From assembly GCA_016196545.1 (NCBI GenBank), contig JACPXM010000020.1, forward strand, positions 138,626 through 202,625: 64,000 bases of DNA. The letters run 5' to 3'. Below, one piece after another: positions 38,546 through 47,150 of this stretch (its first letter is position 1; each line of letters starts with the position of its first letter). Below the pieces are notes generated by a model, which worked only from the letters and a program-made list of their open reading frames with translations, had not been told where the DNA came from and searched no databases. The position numbers and the translations under genes are program-made. Origin of the DNA: Candidatus Omnitrophota bacterium (GTDB taxonomy: Bacteria; Omnitrophota; Omnitrophia; Omnitrophales; Aquincolibacteriaceae).

Positions 38546-39303
38546 TAGGCAGCGATCAAAAGGCGGGTGGTAACGACCAGTTCCAAGTATTGCAGATCAA
38601 AGGGTTTTAAAACGTAGGCATAGGCGCCAAGCCGCGTGGCCTCTTTGGTGATTTCCTCGTCCTGAATCGCCGTGGCCATCACAACTCCGATTTCAGGATT
38701 CATCGCATGAATTTTTTTCAGGGTCAAAATACCGTCCATGCCGGGCATCGCGATGTCGAGGAGCACGACATTCGGATGCTTGGTCTTGACCATAAAAAGC
38801 GCCTCCTCGCCGTCCTTGGCCGTGGAAACCGTAAAGCCCTTTTGCTTGAAAAATCCCTCTAAGAGTTGTCGGATGACCTCCTCGTCATCGACGACCAGGA
38901 TCTTTTTCCGGGATTCCTCGTTCCTTTCGCCAAAGATTCGGTGTTTGGCGGAAAGGATTTTTTCAATTTTCCGGCGTAATTCGGGAGTTTCAATGTCTTT
39001 ACGAATGACTTCAATGGCGCCGGCTTCATAGGCGTCTTTTTCGATTTCCTGAGTCAGATGAGAAGAAAGAAGCACGACAGGAATTCGCTTTCCCGCGGCC
39101 TTCAGCTCTTTGAGTAAGGTGATGCCGTCGGCTCCCGGCATGCGGATATCCATCAGTACCAGATCCGGGTTCAGGGATTCTATGTTTTTTAAGGCCTGGT
39201 CACCGCGCGGAAAGGTAACTACGTCGTGGCCGTCTTTGGTGAAGACCTGGTAGAGGATTTCGCGTATCGAGGTGTCATCATCCACGACCACAAGCTTGCT
39301 CAT
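38545..39303 (-). CDS. tandem receiver-domain response regulator (REC-REC, no output domain)
   Basis: 252 aa with two CheY-like modules (VVVDDD...DLVLMDIRMPG and LVVDDE...VVLLDIAMPG). It overlaps the sigma gene in a TAATG junction. Confidence 0.8.
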   Translation of the reverse strand: MSKLVVVDDDTSIREILYQVFTKDGHDVVTFPRGDQALKNIESLNPDLVLMDIRMPGADGITLLKELKAAGKRIPVVLLSSHLTQEIEKDAYEAGAIEVIRKDIETPELRRKIEKILSAKHRIFGERNEESRKKILVVDDEEVIRQLLEGFFKQKGFTVSTAKDGEEALFMVKTKHPNVVLLDIAMPGMDGILTLKKIHAMNPEIGVVMATAIQDEEITKEATRLGAYAYVLKPFDLQYLELVVTTRLLIAA

Positions 39304-39308
39304 ACCCG

Positions 39309-39809
39309 CTAGTTTGTCTTTTTCGGCATCGCGCCGATTTCCTTATCCACAAGGAAAAGGCCGCGGCCTTCAAGACCTGTGATTTTGATGAGATCCAGGA
39401 TGCGAGTAAATTGAAGCTCTTCTTCATGCTGTTCGGCGACATACCATTGCAGGAAGTTGAAGGTGGAATAGTCGCTTTCCGAAAGACAAATGTCCACGAG
39501 GCGGTTGATTTGGGCGCTTACGAGCCGCTCATTTTTTAAAACCAGTTTAAAAACATCCAACAAGGATTTAAAGGTTTCCGGCGATTCTTTAAAGGCCGTG
39601 ACTCGCGCGTGAGCCCCGGCATCATTGACGTAATGAAAGAGTTTCATCATGTGGGTGCGTTCTTGATCTGCGTGGCTATAAAGAAATCCGGCGCAACCAT
39701 GCAGGCCGTTTTTGTCGCACCACGAGGCCATGGAAAGGTAATAATGCGAGGCATAATTTTCGGAAGCGATTTGGTCATTCAAAGCTTTTTCAATTTTTTT
39801 TGAGAGCAT
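39309..39809 (-). CDS. ferritin
   Basis: 166 aa with LNDQIASENYASHYYLSMASW and a ferroxidase-type EExxH region (QERTHMMKLFHY). Confidence 0.85.
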   Translation of the reverse strand: MLSKKIEKALNDQIASENYASHYYLSMASWCDKNGLHGCAGFLYSHADQERTHMMKLFHYVNDAGAHARVTAFKESPETFKSLLDVFKLVLKNERLVSAQINRLVDICLSESDYSTFNFLQWYVAEQHEEELQFTRILDLIKITGLEGRGLFLVDKEIGAMPKKTN

Positions 39810-39824
39810 TTCACCCTCCCTTAT

Positions 39825-40703
39825 TTAAAAATAGCCGGCCGGCGTGCGTTTTAAATCCCAAGCCATACCGAAACGGGACAAGGTATAAATGAACCACTTT
39901 GTGGGGTCCCAGTGATACCACTTGATTCCGTTCCGGTAATCGTTTGGAAAGCGGTGGTGAAAGCTGTGATAGCCTTCGCCGTTGGTCATCAGCGCGCCCA
40001 ACCAGTGGTCCCGCGCCGATTCCTTTTCATTGTAGCTGTTATCCCCAATCATGTGAGCATAAGAATTGATTAAAAAAGCCGCATTCATCACAAGAAACAT
40101 TCTGAGGCAAACCGCCATCAAAAAAGCGCCCAGGGGACGGCCGATGCCATAACCGATGGCCAAAGGCAAAAGAATGCCGGCTGTGAGCGCCCAAAAATCG
40201 TAATACTTGTGCTGATGCATGACGAGTTTATTTTGAAGCAAATCCTTTACATTATTCTGATTGACGCAGTGTTTGTAAAAAAGGATCCATCCGATATGGC
40301 AATACCAGAAGCCGCGTTTAGAATTGTGAGGGTCGAGTTCGGTATCCGTAAATTGATGATGCTGGCGATGCTGAGAAGCCCATTTCAGCGCGGATTCTTC
40401 ATAGGTTGCGGCTCCAAAGAAAAGCAGCAAAAAACGGACGAAATCATTGGTTTTGTAAGTGGCATGGGCGAAGAGGCGATGATATCCAACGGTAATGGAC
40501 ATGCCGGTGGCAAAAAAGTAAAAAAGGAAAAGCAAAAGCTCGGCCTTCGAAAGGCCGTTTTGATAAATGTAAACGGGGGTTTCGAAGACGCCGCAGACGA
40601 TGAGCACAGCGAACAAAATAACCCCGGCCCATTTCGTCTTTCGTTTGGGCAAACCGTACTCGGGCATGGGAACTTCCTTTTTCATCGAATTTTTTATAAT
40701 CAT
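39825..40703 (-). CDS. acyl-CoA (delta-9 type) fatty acid desaturase
   Basis: It has three His boxes (HRLFAH, HRQHH, HHRFP) and a TM pair, consistent with the stearoyl-CoA desaturase family. Confidence 0.8.
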   Translation of the reverse strand: MIIKNSMKKEVPMPEYGLPKRKTKWAGVILFAVLIVCGVFETPVYIYQNGLSKAELLLFLFYFFATGMSITVGYHRLFAHATYKTNDFVRFLLLFFGAATYEESALKWASQHRQHHQFTDTELDPHNSKRGFWYCHIGWILFYKHCVNQNNVKDLLQNKLVMHQHKYYDFWALTAGILLPLAIGYGIGRPLGAFLMAVCLRMFLVMNAAFLINSYAHMIGDNSYNEKESARDHWLGALMTNGEGYHSFHHRFPNDYRNGIKWYHWDPTKWFIYTLSRFGMAWDLKRTPAGYF

Positions 40704-40803
40704 CCTTGGGTGAGGATGGCCCTGAATACAACAGCGAAACTATTATACACGAAGTCCATTCAGAAAAATTTAATTTATATTTTATTTTGCTCGGGAAAGG
40801 AAG

Positions 40804-41466
40804 TCAGGGCGTGATGAACTGGCCGTCAACTAAATGAATTTGGCGCCGGGCGCGCCGGGAAAATCCCGGGTCATGGGTGACCAGAATTAGAGTCGTTTTC
40901 TGTTTTTCATTGGCCTTTTCAAGGAGATTCAATACGATTTCGCTATTTTCGGAATCCAGCGAACCCGTGGGCTCATCGGCAAATAAGTAACGCGGTTCCA
41001 TCACAAGGGCCCGGGCAATAGCAACGCGCTGTTGTTCGCCTCCCGAAAGATGACGGGGCAGGCGGTGGATTTTATCTTTCAAACCAAATTGCTCAAAGAG
41101 GGTCGTCGCGATTTCTCTTCGCTTCGAGATTCCACCAGATTTTCTTGCCGGAAGCAGCACATTTTCCATGGCTGTTAATTCCGCGACGAGATAATGAAAT
41201 TGAAAAACGAATCCCGCTTTTTTGTTCCGGAAAAGACTTAAGGCTTCAGCGCTCATCTGGTTGACATCCTGGCCGTCGATTTCAACCTTCCCTTCTAAGG
41301 TATGATCCAGACTGCTTAAAAGATAGAGCAACGTGCTCTTTCCCGAGCCGGAGCGCCCGGTTACGGACACATAATCCCCATCTTGGATTTCAAGGGAGAT
41401 ATTTTTAAGGATAGGGGTGGGGGGATCTCCGAGCGTCTTCGTGAGGTTAAGGGTCCGAATACCCAC
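40804..41466 (-). CDS. ABC transporter ATP-binding protein (MacB/LolD type)
   Basis: 220 aa with GRSGSGKST, LSGGEQQRVAIARAL and LFADEPTGSLD. Confidence 0.85.
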   Translation of the reverse strand: MGIRTLNLTKTLGDPPTPILKNISLEIQDGDYVSVTGRSGSGKSTLLYLLSSLDHTLEGKVEIDGQDVNQMSAEALSLFRNKKAGFVFQFHYLVAELTAMENVLLPARKSGGISKRREIATTLFEQFGLKDKIHRLPRHLSGGEQQRVAIARALVMEPRYLFADEPTGSLDSENSEIVLNLLEKANEKQKTTLILVTHDPGFSRRARRQIHLVDGQFITP

Positions 41467-41469
41467 CGG

Positions 41470-42723
41470 TTACTCCGAGCTCGAGCGGATAATCTCGATG
41501 GGTGTGAGCTTTCCGGCCGTGGCCGCTGGCAAAATACTTGCCAGGGATGCCGAGGAAAGTGCGAGGAAGGCAGACTGCAGATAAATCGGGAATTCCCTCG
41601 AAACAATCAAATGATCGACGCCAATTCCAAGGGGTCCGGCGCCAATACGAATGGTTTCTAGAAAAAAAGAGAAGGCATATCCGAAGAGGAGCCCTAAGGT
41701 TGTTCCGGCTATTCCCAAAGCTAAACCTTGTGCGAAAAAAATCAGTACGATATCCCTCGTGGTATAACCCATGGAACGCAAAATCGCGATATCTTTTCTT
41801 TTTTGAATCACCGTAATATTGAGCACATTATAAATGCCGAAACCCGCTACAATCATAATCGAACCAATGGATAAAAATCGCACCGCATCCTGAATCCGGA
41901 AAACCGAATAAATATTGGCATTTTTTTGATCCCAGCTTTCAATTTTTTCCTCACTTAAAAGCGACCAGCTTTTCGCAACCGCCGAGGAACTTTTGTAATC
42001 CACCAGCCGTACGGCAATTTCATCAATTTCGTTAGGGGTTTGATTCACGGCTTGCACGTCCTCCAAAGATCCGTAGGCCTGTTCATCGAAAATCTGATTT
42101 CCGGTGGAAAAAATAGCGACTACTTTGAAGGGGACGGGCTTTTGCTCGGCCACCGAAACTAAGACATTTTGCGACAGCGTCACGCCGAGTTTTTTGCGCA
42201 GACGTTCCCCAATTGCGATTTGATTGCCCCCGAGGGCAAGGGCGTCAAATTTTCCTTCCGTCACATAATCGCCAAGCGTTGTAACTTGTGTCTGGCTTTT
42301 CGGATCGCAGCCAATCAGCGTGGCTGTCGCTGTGGCTTTCCCTTTACTGAAGAGAACGGCGGTGCTCAGGCGGGGAGTATAAGCTACCACCCGCGGGTCC
42401 TTTTCAAGGCGTTCATACCAGGCTTGCGGATTTTCAACGAGGTCACTGTCTTTTTTCCCAGAGGGCGGCACATTCCAGAATACACGGCCGGTCAGCATTC
42501 CATAAAATGAAGCATCGAGAGAATGTTCCGTTAAAAACTCTTCACGGGCCTGAATGTGGACGTGGGCATCATTATTAATGAGCTGATAAACCAGATAATA
42601 TCGGAATCCCAGCATAATGCCGGAGAGAAGGACGAAGGCCGCGGAGCCAAAAAAAAATCCCAGGAGCATCAGCACCGTTTGCCGGCGGCGGGCGAGCAAA
42701 TAACGAAAGGCGAGTTCGATCAT
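41470..42723 (-). CDS. ABC transporter permease (FtsX/MacB/LolC-E family)
   Basis: 417 aa with an N-terminal TM helix, a large periplasmic domain and three C-terminal TM helices (FtsX-like). Confidence 0.8.
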   Translation of the reverse strand: MIELAFRYLLARRRQTVLMLLGFFFGSAAFVLLSGIMLGFRYYLVYQLINNDAHVHIQAREEFLTEHSLDASFYGMLTGRVFWNVPPSGKKDSDLVENPQAWYERLEKDPRVVAYTPRLSTAVLFSKGKATATATLIGCDPKSQTQVTTLGDYVTEGKFDALALGGNQIAIGERLRKKLGVTLSQNVLVSVAEQKPVPFKVVAIFSTGNQIFDEQAYGSLEDVQAVNQTPNEIDEIAVRLVDYKSSSAVAKSWSLLSEEKIESWDQKNANIYSVFRIQDAVRFLSIGSIMIVAGFGIYNVLNITVIQKRKDIAILRSMGYTTRDIVLIFFAQGLALGIAGTTLGLLFGYAFSFFLETIRIGAGPLGIGVDHLIVSREFPIYLQSAFLALSSASLASILPAATAGKLTPIEIIRSSSE

Positions 42724-43592
42724 GGTCTTTTTTTGGCGGGAAGCACCAAACGATCACCGGGTTTCACGTCCCCGGCAATCACTTCGGCAAAGGTGCCGTC
42801 CACAAGTCCGATTTTAACGGCCGTGGAGAAGGGCTTTTTATTTTCGCGTTTGACGATAACGGTCCCTTCTCCGAGGGCGGCTACGGGAATCAATAACGTG
42901 TCCTTACGCTCACGGATGCTAATGGCCACATCGGCCGTCATCCCGGGTAAAATTTGGGGAGGAAGTTCCTTGACTTCAATACGGGCAATAAAATGACTGT
43001 CACTCGAATAAACCGATTCCACATTTCCCTCGAAGGACTTCTCGCGAAGATTCTCGAAACTGAGCCGCGCGTTTTGTCCCCGGCGCACTTTGATCGCAGC
43101 ACGCTGCTCGAGGGAAACCGTCACGTATCGGTCTTGCAGATCCACCAATTCTAAAATCACACTTTGCATAAAAACATTTTCGCCGACTTTAACGGGTAAC
43201 GAGGTTACGGTGCCGGAAAATGGGGCGGAGATAATAACCCCGCGTTCGAGTTCCAAAAGCTTCCGACCCTGTTCAACCTTGTCGCCTTCTTTTACAAATA
43301 AATTTTGAATACTGGTAACAATGCCGGGTTTAAACTGAAAACTTCGATTGGCCATGACAATACCGATGCCATAAACGCTTTCCATAATCGTGTCTTTGCG
43401 CAGGGGGTCTGAGAGATTTTTGGGAGAGTTAAAGCCGGTGGGCGCGAGTCTTCCCAAAAAGAGGAAAAGACAGAGTCCGGTGATGGCGAATGCAAGAACC
43501 CTATTTCTTTTTAAGAACGAAGTCAAGGGCATAGGTTTTGTCTCTCCCTTCCTCGGTTGAAAATTGAAGAAATATGATATCAAAATAGCCAA
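42720..43592 (-). CDS. periplasmic adaptor (HlyD/MFP family)
   Basis: 290 aa with a lipoyl/beta-barrel type sequence (GTVTSLPVKVGENV, GMTADVAI). It has a 4-nt overlap with the permease. The start may be the internal Met at ~43532. Confidence 0.7.
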   Translation of the reverse strand: MAILISYFFNFQPRKGETKPMPLTSFLKRNRVLAFAITGLCLFLFLGRLAPTGFNSPKNLSDPLRKDTIMESVYGIGIVMANRSFQFKPGIVTSIQNLFVKEGDKVEQGRKLLELERGVIISAPFSGTVTSLPVKVGENVFMQSVILELVDLQDRYVTVSLEQRAAIKVRRGQNARLSFENLREKSFEGNVESVYSSDSHFIARIEVKELPPQILPGMTADVAISIRERKDTLLIPVAALGEGTVIVKRENKKPFSTAVKIGLVDGTFAEVIAGDVKPGDRLVLPAKKRP

Positions 43593-43630
43593 TATTGGGT
43601 AGAATATATTTCAACTCAAAGGAGGGACTT

Positions 43631-44013
43631 GTGAAACTGCTTTCTCAATTCAGTGATCCGGCCTACGCGTTATTGCGTATCGTAGCGGGATTTATGTTTT
43701 CCTTTCACGGTGCCCAGAAAATTTTTGGAATCCTAAGCGATTACCAAGCCCCCGTAGGGTCCCAAATGTGGTTTGGCGGGTTGATCGAACTAATAGGCGG
43801 TACGTTCTCCTGGTGGGACTTAAGACGCGCTGGGCGGCCTTTCTTTCAAGCGGGACCATGGCCGTAGCCTATTTCCAGTTCCATTGGAAATTTCAATTTG
43901 GCCCGCAATTTTTTCCGGCCATAAATCAGGGGGAGCTCGCGGCGCTTTACTCCTTTGTTTTCCTCCTCATTGCCTGCCGCGGCGGTGTCCTTTGGTGCGT
44001 GGATAAAAAATAA
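43631..44013 (+). pseudogene. DoxX-family membrane protein interrupted by a 1-nt frameshift near 43800
   Basis: A GTG start follows AAAGGAGGG. Frame A reads ...FHGAQKIFG...GGLIELIGG. Frame B continues VLLVGLKTRWAAFLSSGTMAVAYF. Together they make one DoxX-like protein. Confidence 0.65.
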
Positions 44014-44552
44014 TGGACGCGCTCCTACCGATCACTTGCGCGGCCGATGTTCCCGGGAAATATCGAGGAACTCCCCTAAGTCTTTTGGTGGAGTATCAGA
44101 ACCATCTCCGGGCCCATGATGCTTATACTTCTGCGCAAATCCTGGTAGGTATGTGCATGGACAATCGTAAGGCGCTCGATGTGCCGGAAAATTTTGCCTA
44201 TATTCTTCGCACGGGCGGGGCCAATATGCGGGCAAGCGGATTTAAAATTTCTTACGCCATTTCCGTTGGGGGCGTGCGACATATCGCCATCGTGGGACAC
44301 AATCACTGCGGTATGGTGAACTTAATGCAGCGCAAAGAAGCCTTCATCCTAGGGCTCGTTGAAGGCGCGGGCTGGAACCGGGAAAAAGCCGAAAATCATT
44401 TCCTGAATTTAGTTCCTATGTTTGAAATCGGAAACGAAATCGATTTTGTCTTAAGCGAGGTCCGCCGCCTGCGCGCTGAATACCCCAAAATCACTATTGC
44501 CCCGCTTCTTTACAAGATCGAAGACAACAATCTTTGTTTCATTAATGACTAA
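44013..44552 (+). CDS. beta-carbonic-anhydrase-like protein
   Basis: 179 aa with CMDNR and GHNHCG, matching the beta-CA CxDxR / HxxCG zinc ligand pattern. It joins the DoxX stop in a TAATG junction. Confidence 0.55.
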   Translation: MDALLPITCAADVPGKYRGTPLSLLVEYQNHLRAHDAYTSAQILVGMCMDNRKALDVPENFAYILRTGGANMRASGFKISYAISVGGVRHIAIVGHNHCGMVNLMQRKEAFILGLVEGAGWNREKAENHFLNLVPMFEIGNEIDFVLSEVRRLRAEYPKITIAPLLYKIEDNNLCFIND

Positions 44553-44665
44553 GAGGTTAAACCGCTGTTTTTTCAATAAAATTTTTCAAAGAGGTTCCAA
44601 GAATTTCATTCCACCCTTGAACAAAGTTTTCTTTGGCCAGAAATGAAATTGGACCGGGGGAGGGG

Positions 44666-46120
44666 TTAAATCTTTCTTAAATGATCCAAATTCACGGGGG
44701 GGAGATAATCTCCAATCGGCTCCCGTTTCCAGACAGCGCCTGTTCTTTTCCGTTCCTCAGGGGAAGTGAAATGATAAAGCCAAACTTTGGCACGCAGAAA
44801 GCGGGGAGGGTGCTCTAAAAAGGGATTGTTCCGTAAAAGCGCATGAATCTTGGGATCTCCTTCCAGCAATTTTTGGACAAATCTTAAAAACCAAAGCGGA
44901 TAGCCGTGGGTCAAGACTTCGTGATCCGTCACTCGCATGGAAAAAGGCAGAAACCACATGAGCCAGTCAAGGCGCAAATGATACGGCGCGTATTGCGGCG
45001 GGTTGTGCAAGATATTGCCTGGCTTGCCTTTAAATTCATACTCACGCCATAAGGCGCCGGGCTGAAGGTCTGGACTTTCGGTTCCCTCCACCACGATTTC
45101 ATAGCGCTCTTGGGTGACAGATCCAAAGGCGCCGTAAGAGCCCACCAAATGAAAACGGTTGTAATTAAAATTCATAAGCTGGCGCTTGGCAAAAAAGTTA
45201 AGCGCCGGCGGAATGCTGAGCAGAAGGGTGGCGAAGGCGAGTCCGTATAAAATACCCTTGAAAATCATGGGCCTTGGGGGTGCTTGAGGGATTGGTCGTG
45301 GAAAGAAAGGGCGAAACACGCTGTCGCTGAAGGCGCTAAAAGCAAGGGCAACGGTGAGCCAATTCAGCCAGGAATAATTGCCGCTTGCGATGAGCATGAG
45401 TTGATGGAAAATAATCAAGCTTGCGCAGACCGCGGCAATTAAGGAAGGTGCAAATAATCCAAAGGGTGCGATCAATTGCACAAATTGACTGAAGCCGACT
45501 CCGAAACGGTGCACCGAAGGCGGCAGATGATGAAAATACCAGCTCAAGGGATTTGGCATAGGCTGGGTTTCGTGATGATAATAAAGGCAGGTGAAATCCC
45601 GCCAGCATTCATCACCGCGCAGCTTGATCAACCCGGCTCCTAATTCCACGCGGAAAAGCATCCATCGCAAAATAAGAATGGGAATGAGGGAAGGGGCAAG
45701 CCTCGGCCCGAGAAAGGCGGCAAAAAATCCGGCTTCCAGCAGCATCGATTCCCAGCCAAAACTGTAGAAGGTTTGGCCCACATTCACAATCGAAAGATAA
45801 AAGGCCCAAAGGATTAGCCACAAGCCCGTGGTGCACCACCAAGGGCCGCGATCTAAAAGCCCCAGGAGCAGACCGGCCGAAATTCCCATACCGGTTAGAC
45901 AAATCCCTTGCAGCAAGCGGTCGGAATAGGTGAGATAAAAAAGACTAGGCGCCTCATGAAAGGGCACTTGCTGGATAAATTGCGGGATGGGGAGCAAGCC
46001 ATTTTGCCCCAGCAGTTCCGGGAATTGTTTGAGCGCTACAAGAAAGGCCACGAAATAAAGGGCCGCCAGCATGCGCAGAAAAATTAACCTCGAAAGATTA
46101 AAACTCCCCAGCATTTCCAC
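44666..46120 (-). CDS. lipase-maturation-factor (LMF) family polytopic membrane protein
   Basis: 484 aa. The N-terminus LIFLRMLAALYFVAFLVALKQFPELLGQNGLLP and the overall TM-plus-C-terminal domain layout recall bacterial LMF1-like proteins. Confidence 0.55.
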   Translation of the reverse strand: MEMLGSFNLSRLIFLRMLAALYFVAFLVALKQFPELLGQNGLLPIPQFIQQVPFHEAPSLFYLTYSDRLLQGICLTGMGISAGLLLGLLDRGPWWCTTGLWLILWAFYLSIVNVGQTFYSFGWESMLLEAGFFAAFLGPRLAPSLIPILILRWMLFRVELGAGLIKLRGDECWRDFTCLYYHHETQPMPNPLSWYFHHLPPSVHRFGVGFSQFVQLIAPFGLFAPSLIAAVCASLIIFHQLMLIASGNYSWLNWLTVALAFSAFSDSVFRPFFPRPIPQAPPRPMIFKGILYGLAFATLLLSIPPALNFFAKRQLMNFNYNRFHLVGSYGAFGSVTQERYEIVVEGTESPDLQPGALWREYEFKGKPGNILHNPPQYAPYHLRLDWLMWFLPFSMRVTDHEVLTHGYPLWFLRFVQKLLEGDPKIHALLRNNPFLEHPPRFLRAKVWLYHFTSPEERKRTGAVWKREPIGDYLPPVNLDHLRKI

Positions 46121-46218
46121 GGAGGTATTTTACTTCATCAAGCCCCGAAACCGCCATCGATAGTATTCTTCGAGGTGATTATTTGACTTCAGTGGGGTAA
46201 ATCCTCTAAACTGAGAAA

Positions 46219-46758
46219 CTAATCATCGGCGGCCTCGACAAGGGCAGAGGTTACCACCAGATTAACCTTGGATGTTTTTCTCAGATTATCTTGGATTTTT
46301 TCCGATGCCTGCTTCAAGGTTGTTTTCAAAACGAATGCCAATTCTCCGACAAGGCCTTTGGCCGAATACTTCAGAACCTGACGTTTTCTTTGATCTTTTG
46401 AGACGGCACCCTCCAGCGAAAAGGATAAGATGTTTTGCGCCAAGGTCCAGGCGGGATGGGTTTGGGCCGCACGGCTGGCTCCGGTCTTGAAATAATCTAA
46501 AATTTCGTTGGCTTCCTTAATTGAAATAAGCGTATGGAATCCCGAAGCTTCAAGATCGTGTGTCCCAATAATGAAGCGTATCCTCATCTGATTCCCTATA
46601 TTAGGGACGAGTGAATAGCACAGGACTTTTTCGCCGGAATGATTCTGTTGAATCATCCTGTCGATGCGGCACAAACCATGAACGGCATGATAAAGCAAAC
46701 CCTTTTTAAGGATTTCTTTCCTTCTCATGAGATTTCCGGTCTTGGGCTCAGGCAACAC
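46219..46758 (-). CDS. hypothetical protein with CarD/CdnL/TRCF-RID-like N-terminal region
   Basis: GLLYHAVHGLCRIDRMIQ...EKVLCYSLVP...MRIRFIIG...ISIKEANEILDYF parallels the CarD N-terminal pattern. The start may be the ATG at 46728. Confidence 0.4.
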   Translation of the reverse strand: MLPEPKTGNLMRRKEILKKGLLYHAVHGLCRIDRMIQQNHSGEKVLCYSLVPNIGNQMRIRFIIGTHDLEASGFHTLISIKEANEILDYFKTGASRAAQTHPAWTLAQNILSFSLEGAVSKDQRKRQVLKYSAKGLVGELAFVLKTTLKQASEKIQDNLRKTSKVNLVVTSALVEAADD

Positions 46759-46906
46759 GGGTTCCTTCCGCCTGCGTTGGCAGAATTCCCTGATCCAGCA
46801 CCGCCGTGTTTTCTTTTTTGTGGAGGCGTTTATTCCGTTTTTCCTCTTGTTTTTTCTTTCGCATCTCTTCTTTTTTCCTCTTGTTTTGTCGAAAATTTTG
46901 TCTCAT
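46748..46906 (-). CDS. possible 52-aa highly basic small protein (not in track, under the length cut-off)
   Basis: Hand translation gives MRQNFRQNKRKKEEMRKKKQEEKRNKRLHKKENTAVLDQGILPTQAEGTRVA. Its stop overlaps the GTG start of the next gene. Confidence 0.25.
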   Translation of the reverse strand: MRQNFRQNKRKKEEMRKKKQEEKRNKRLHKKENTAVLDQGILPTQAEGTRVA

Positions 46907-47150
46907 GAACGTCCTTTCTATTTTTGATGCCGTAAGGTCGTGAAAATAAAGAATGTTAGTCCTGACGATTCCCCGGACCGGAATTTGCTTGCGAAGCTAG
47001 AAGCGGCATTCTCGAAAAGGTAAAAAAAGAATGGATTCTTTGAGAAAGCTCGAGAGTCAGTATACACTGTGGGGTCTTTTTCCACAATTAATACTTAATT
47101 GACTTCATCTGTGTCACGGGGAATAATCAATTTGTATAAGGAACTTGGAA

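Noticed and set aside
40209-40814. A 201-aa plus-strand ORF and the 119-aa ORF 25822-26181(-).
   Set aside because: The first is antisense to the desaturase gene. The second is out of frame with pstA on the same strand and spans the pstA-pstB gap. Neither has motifs and both have odd composition.
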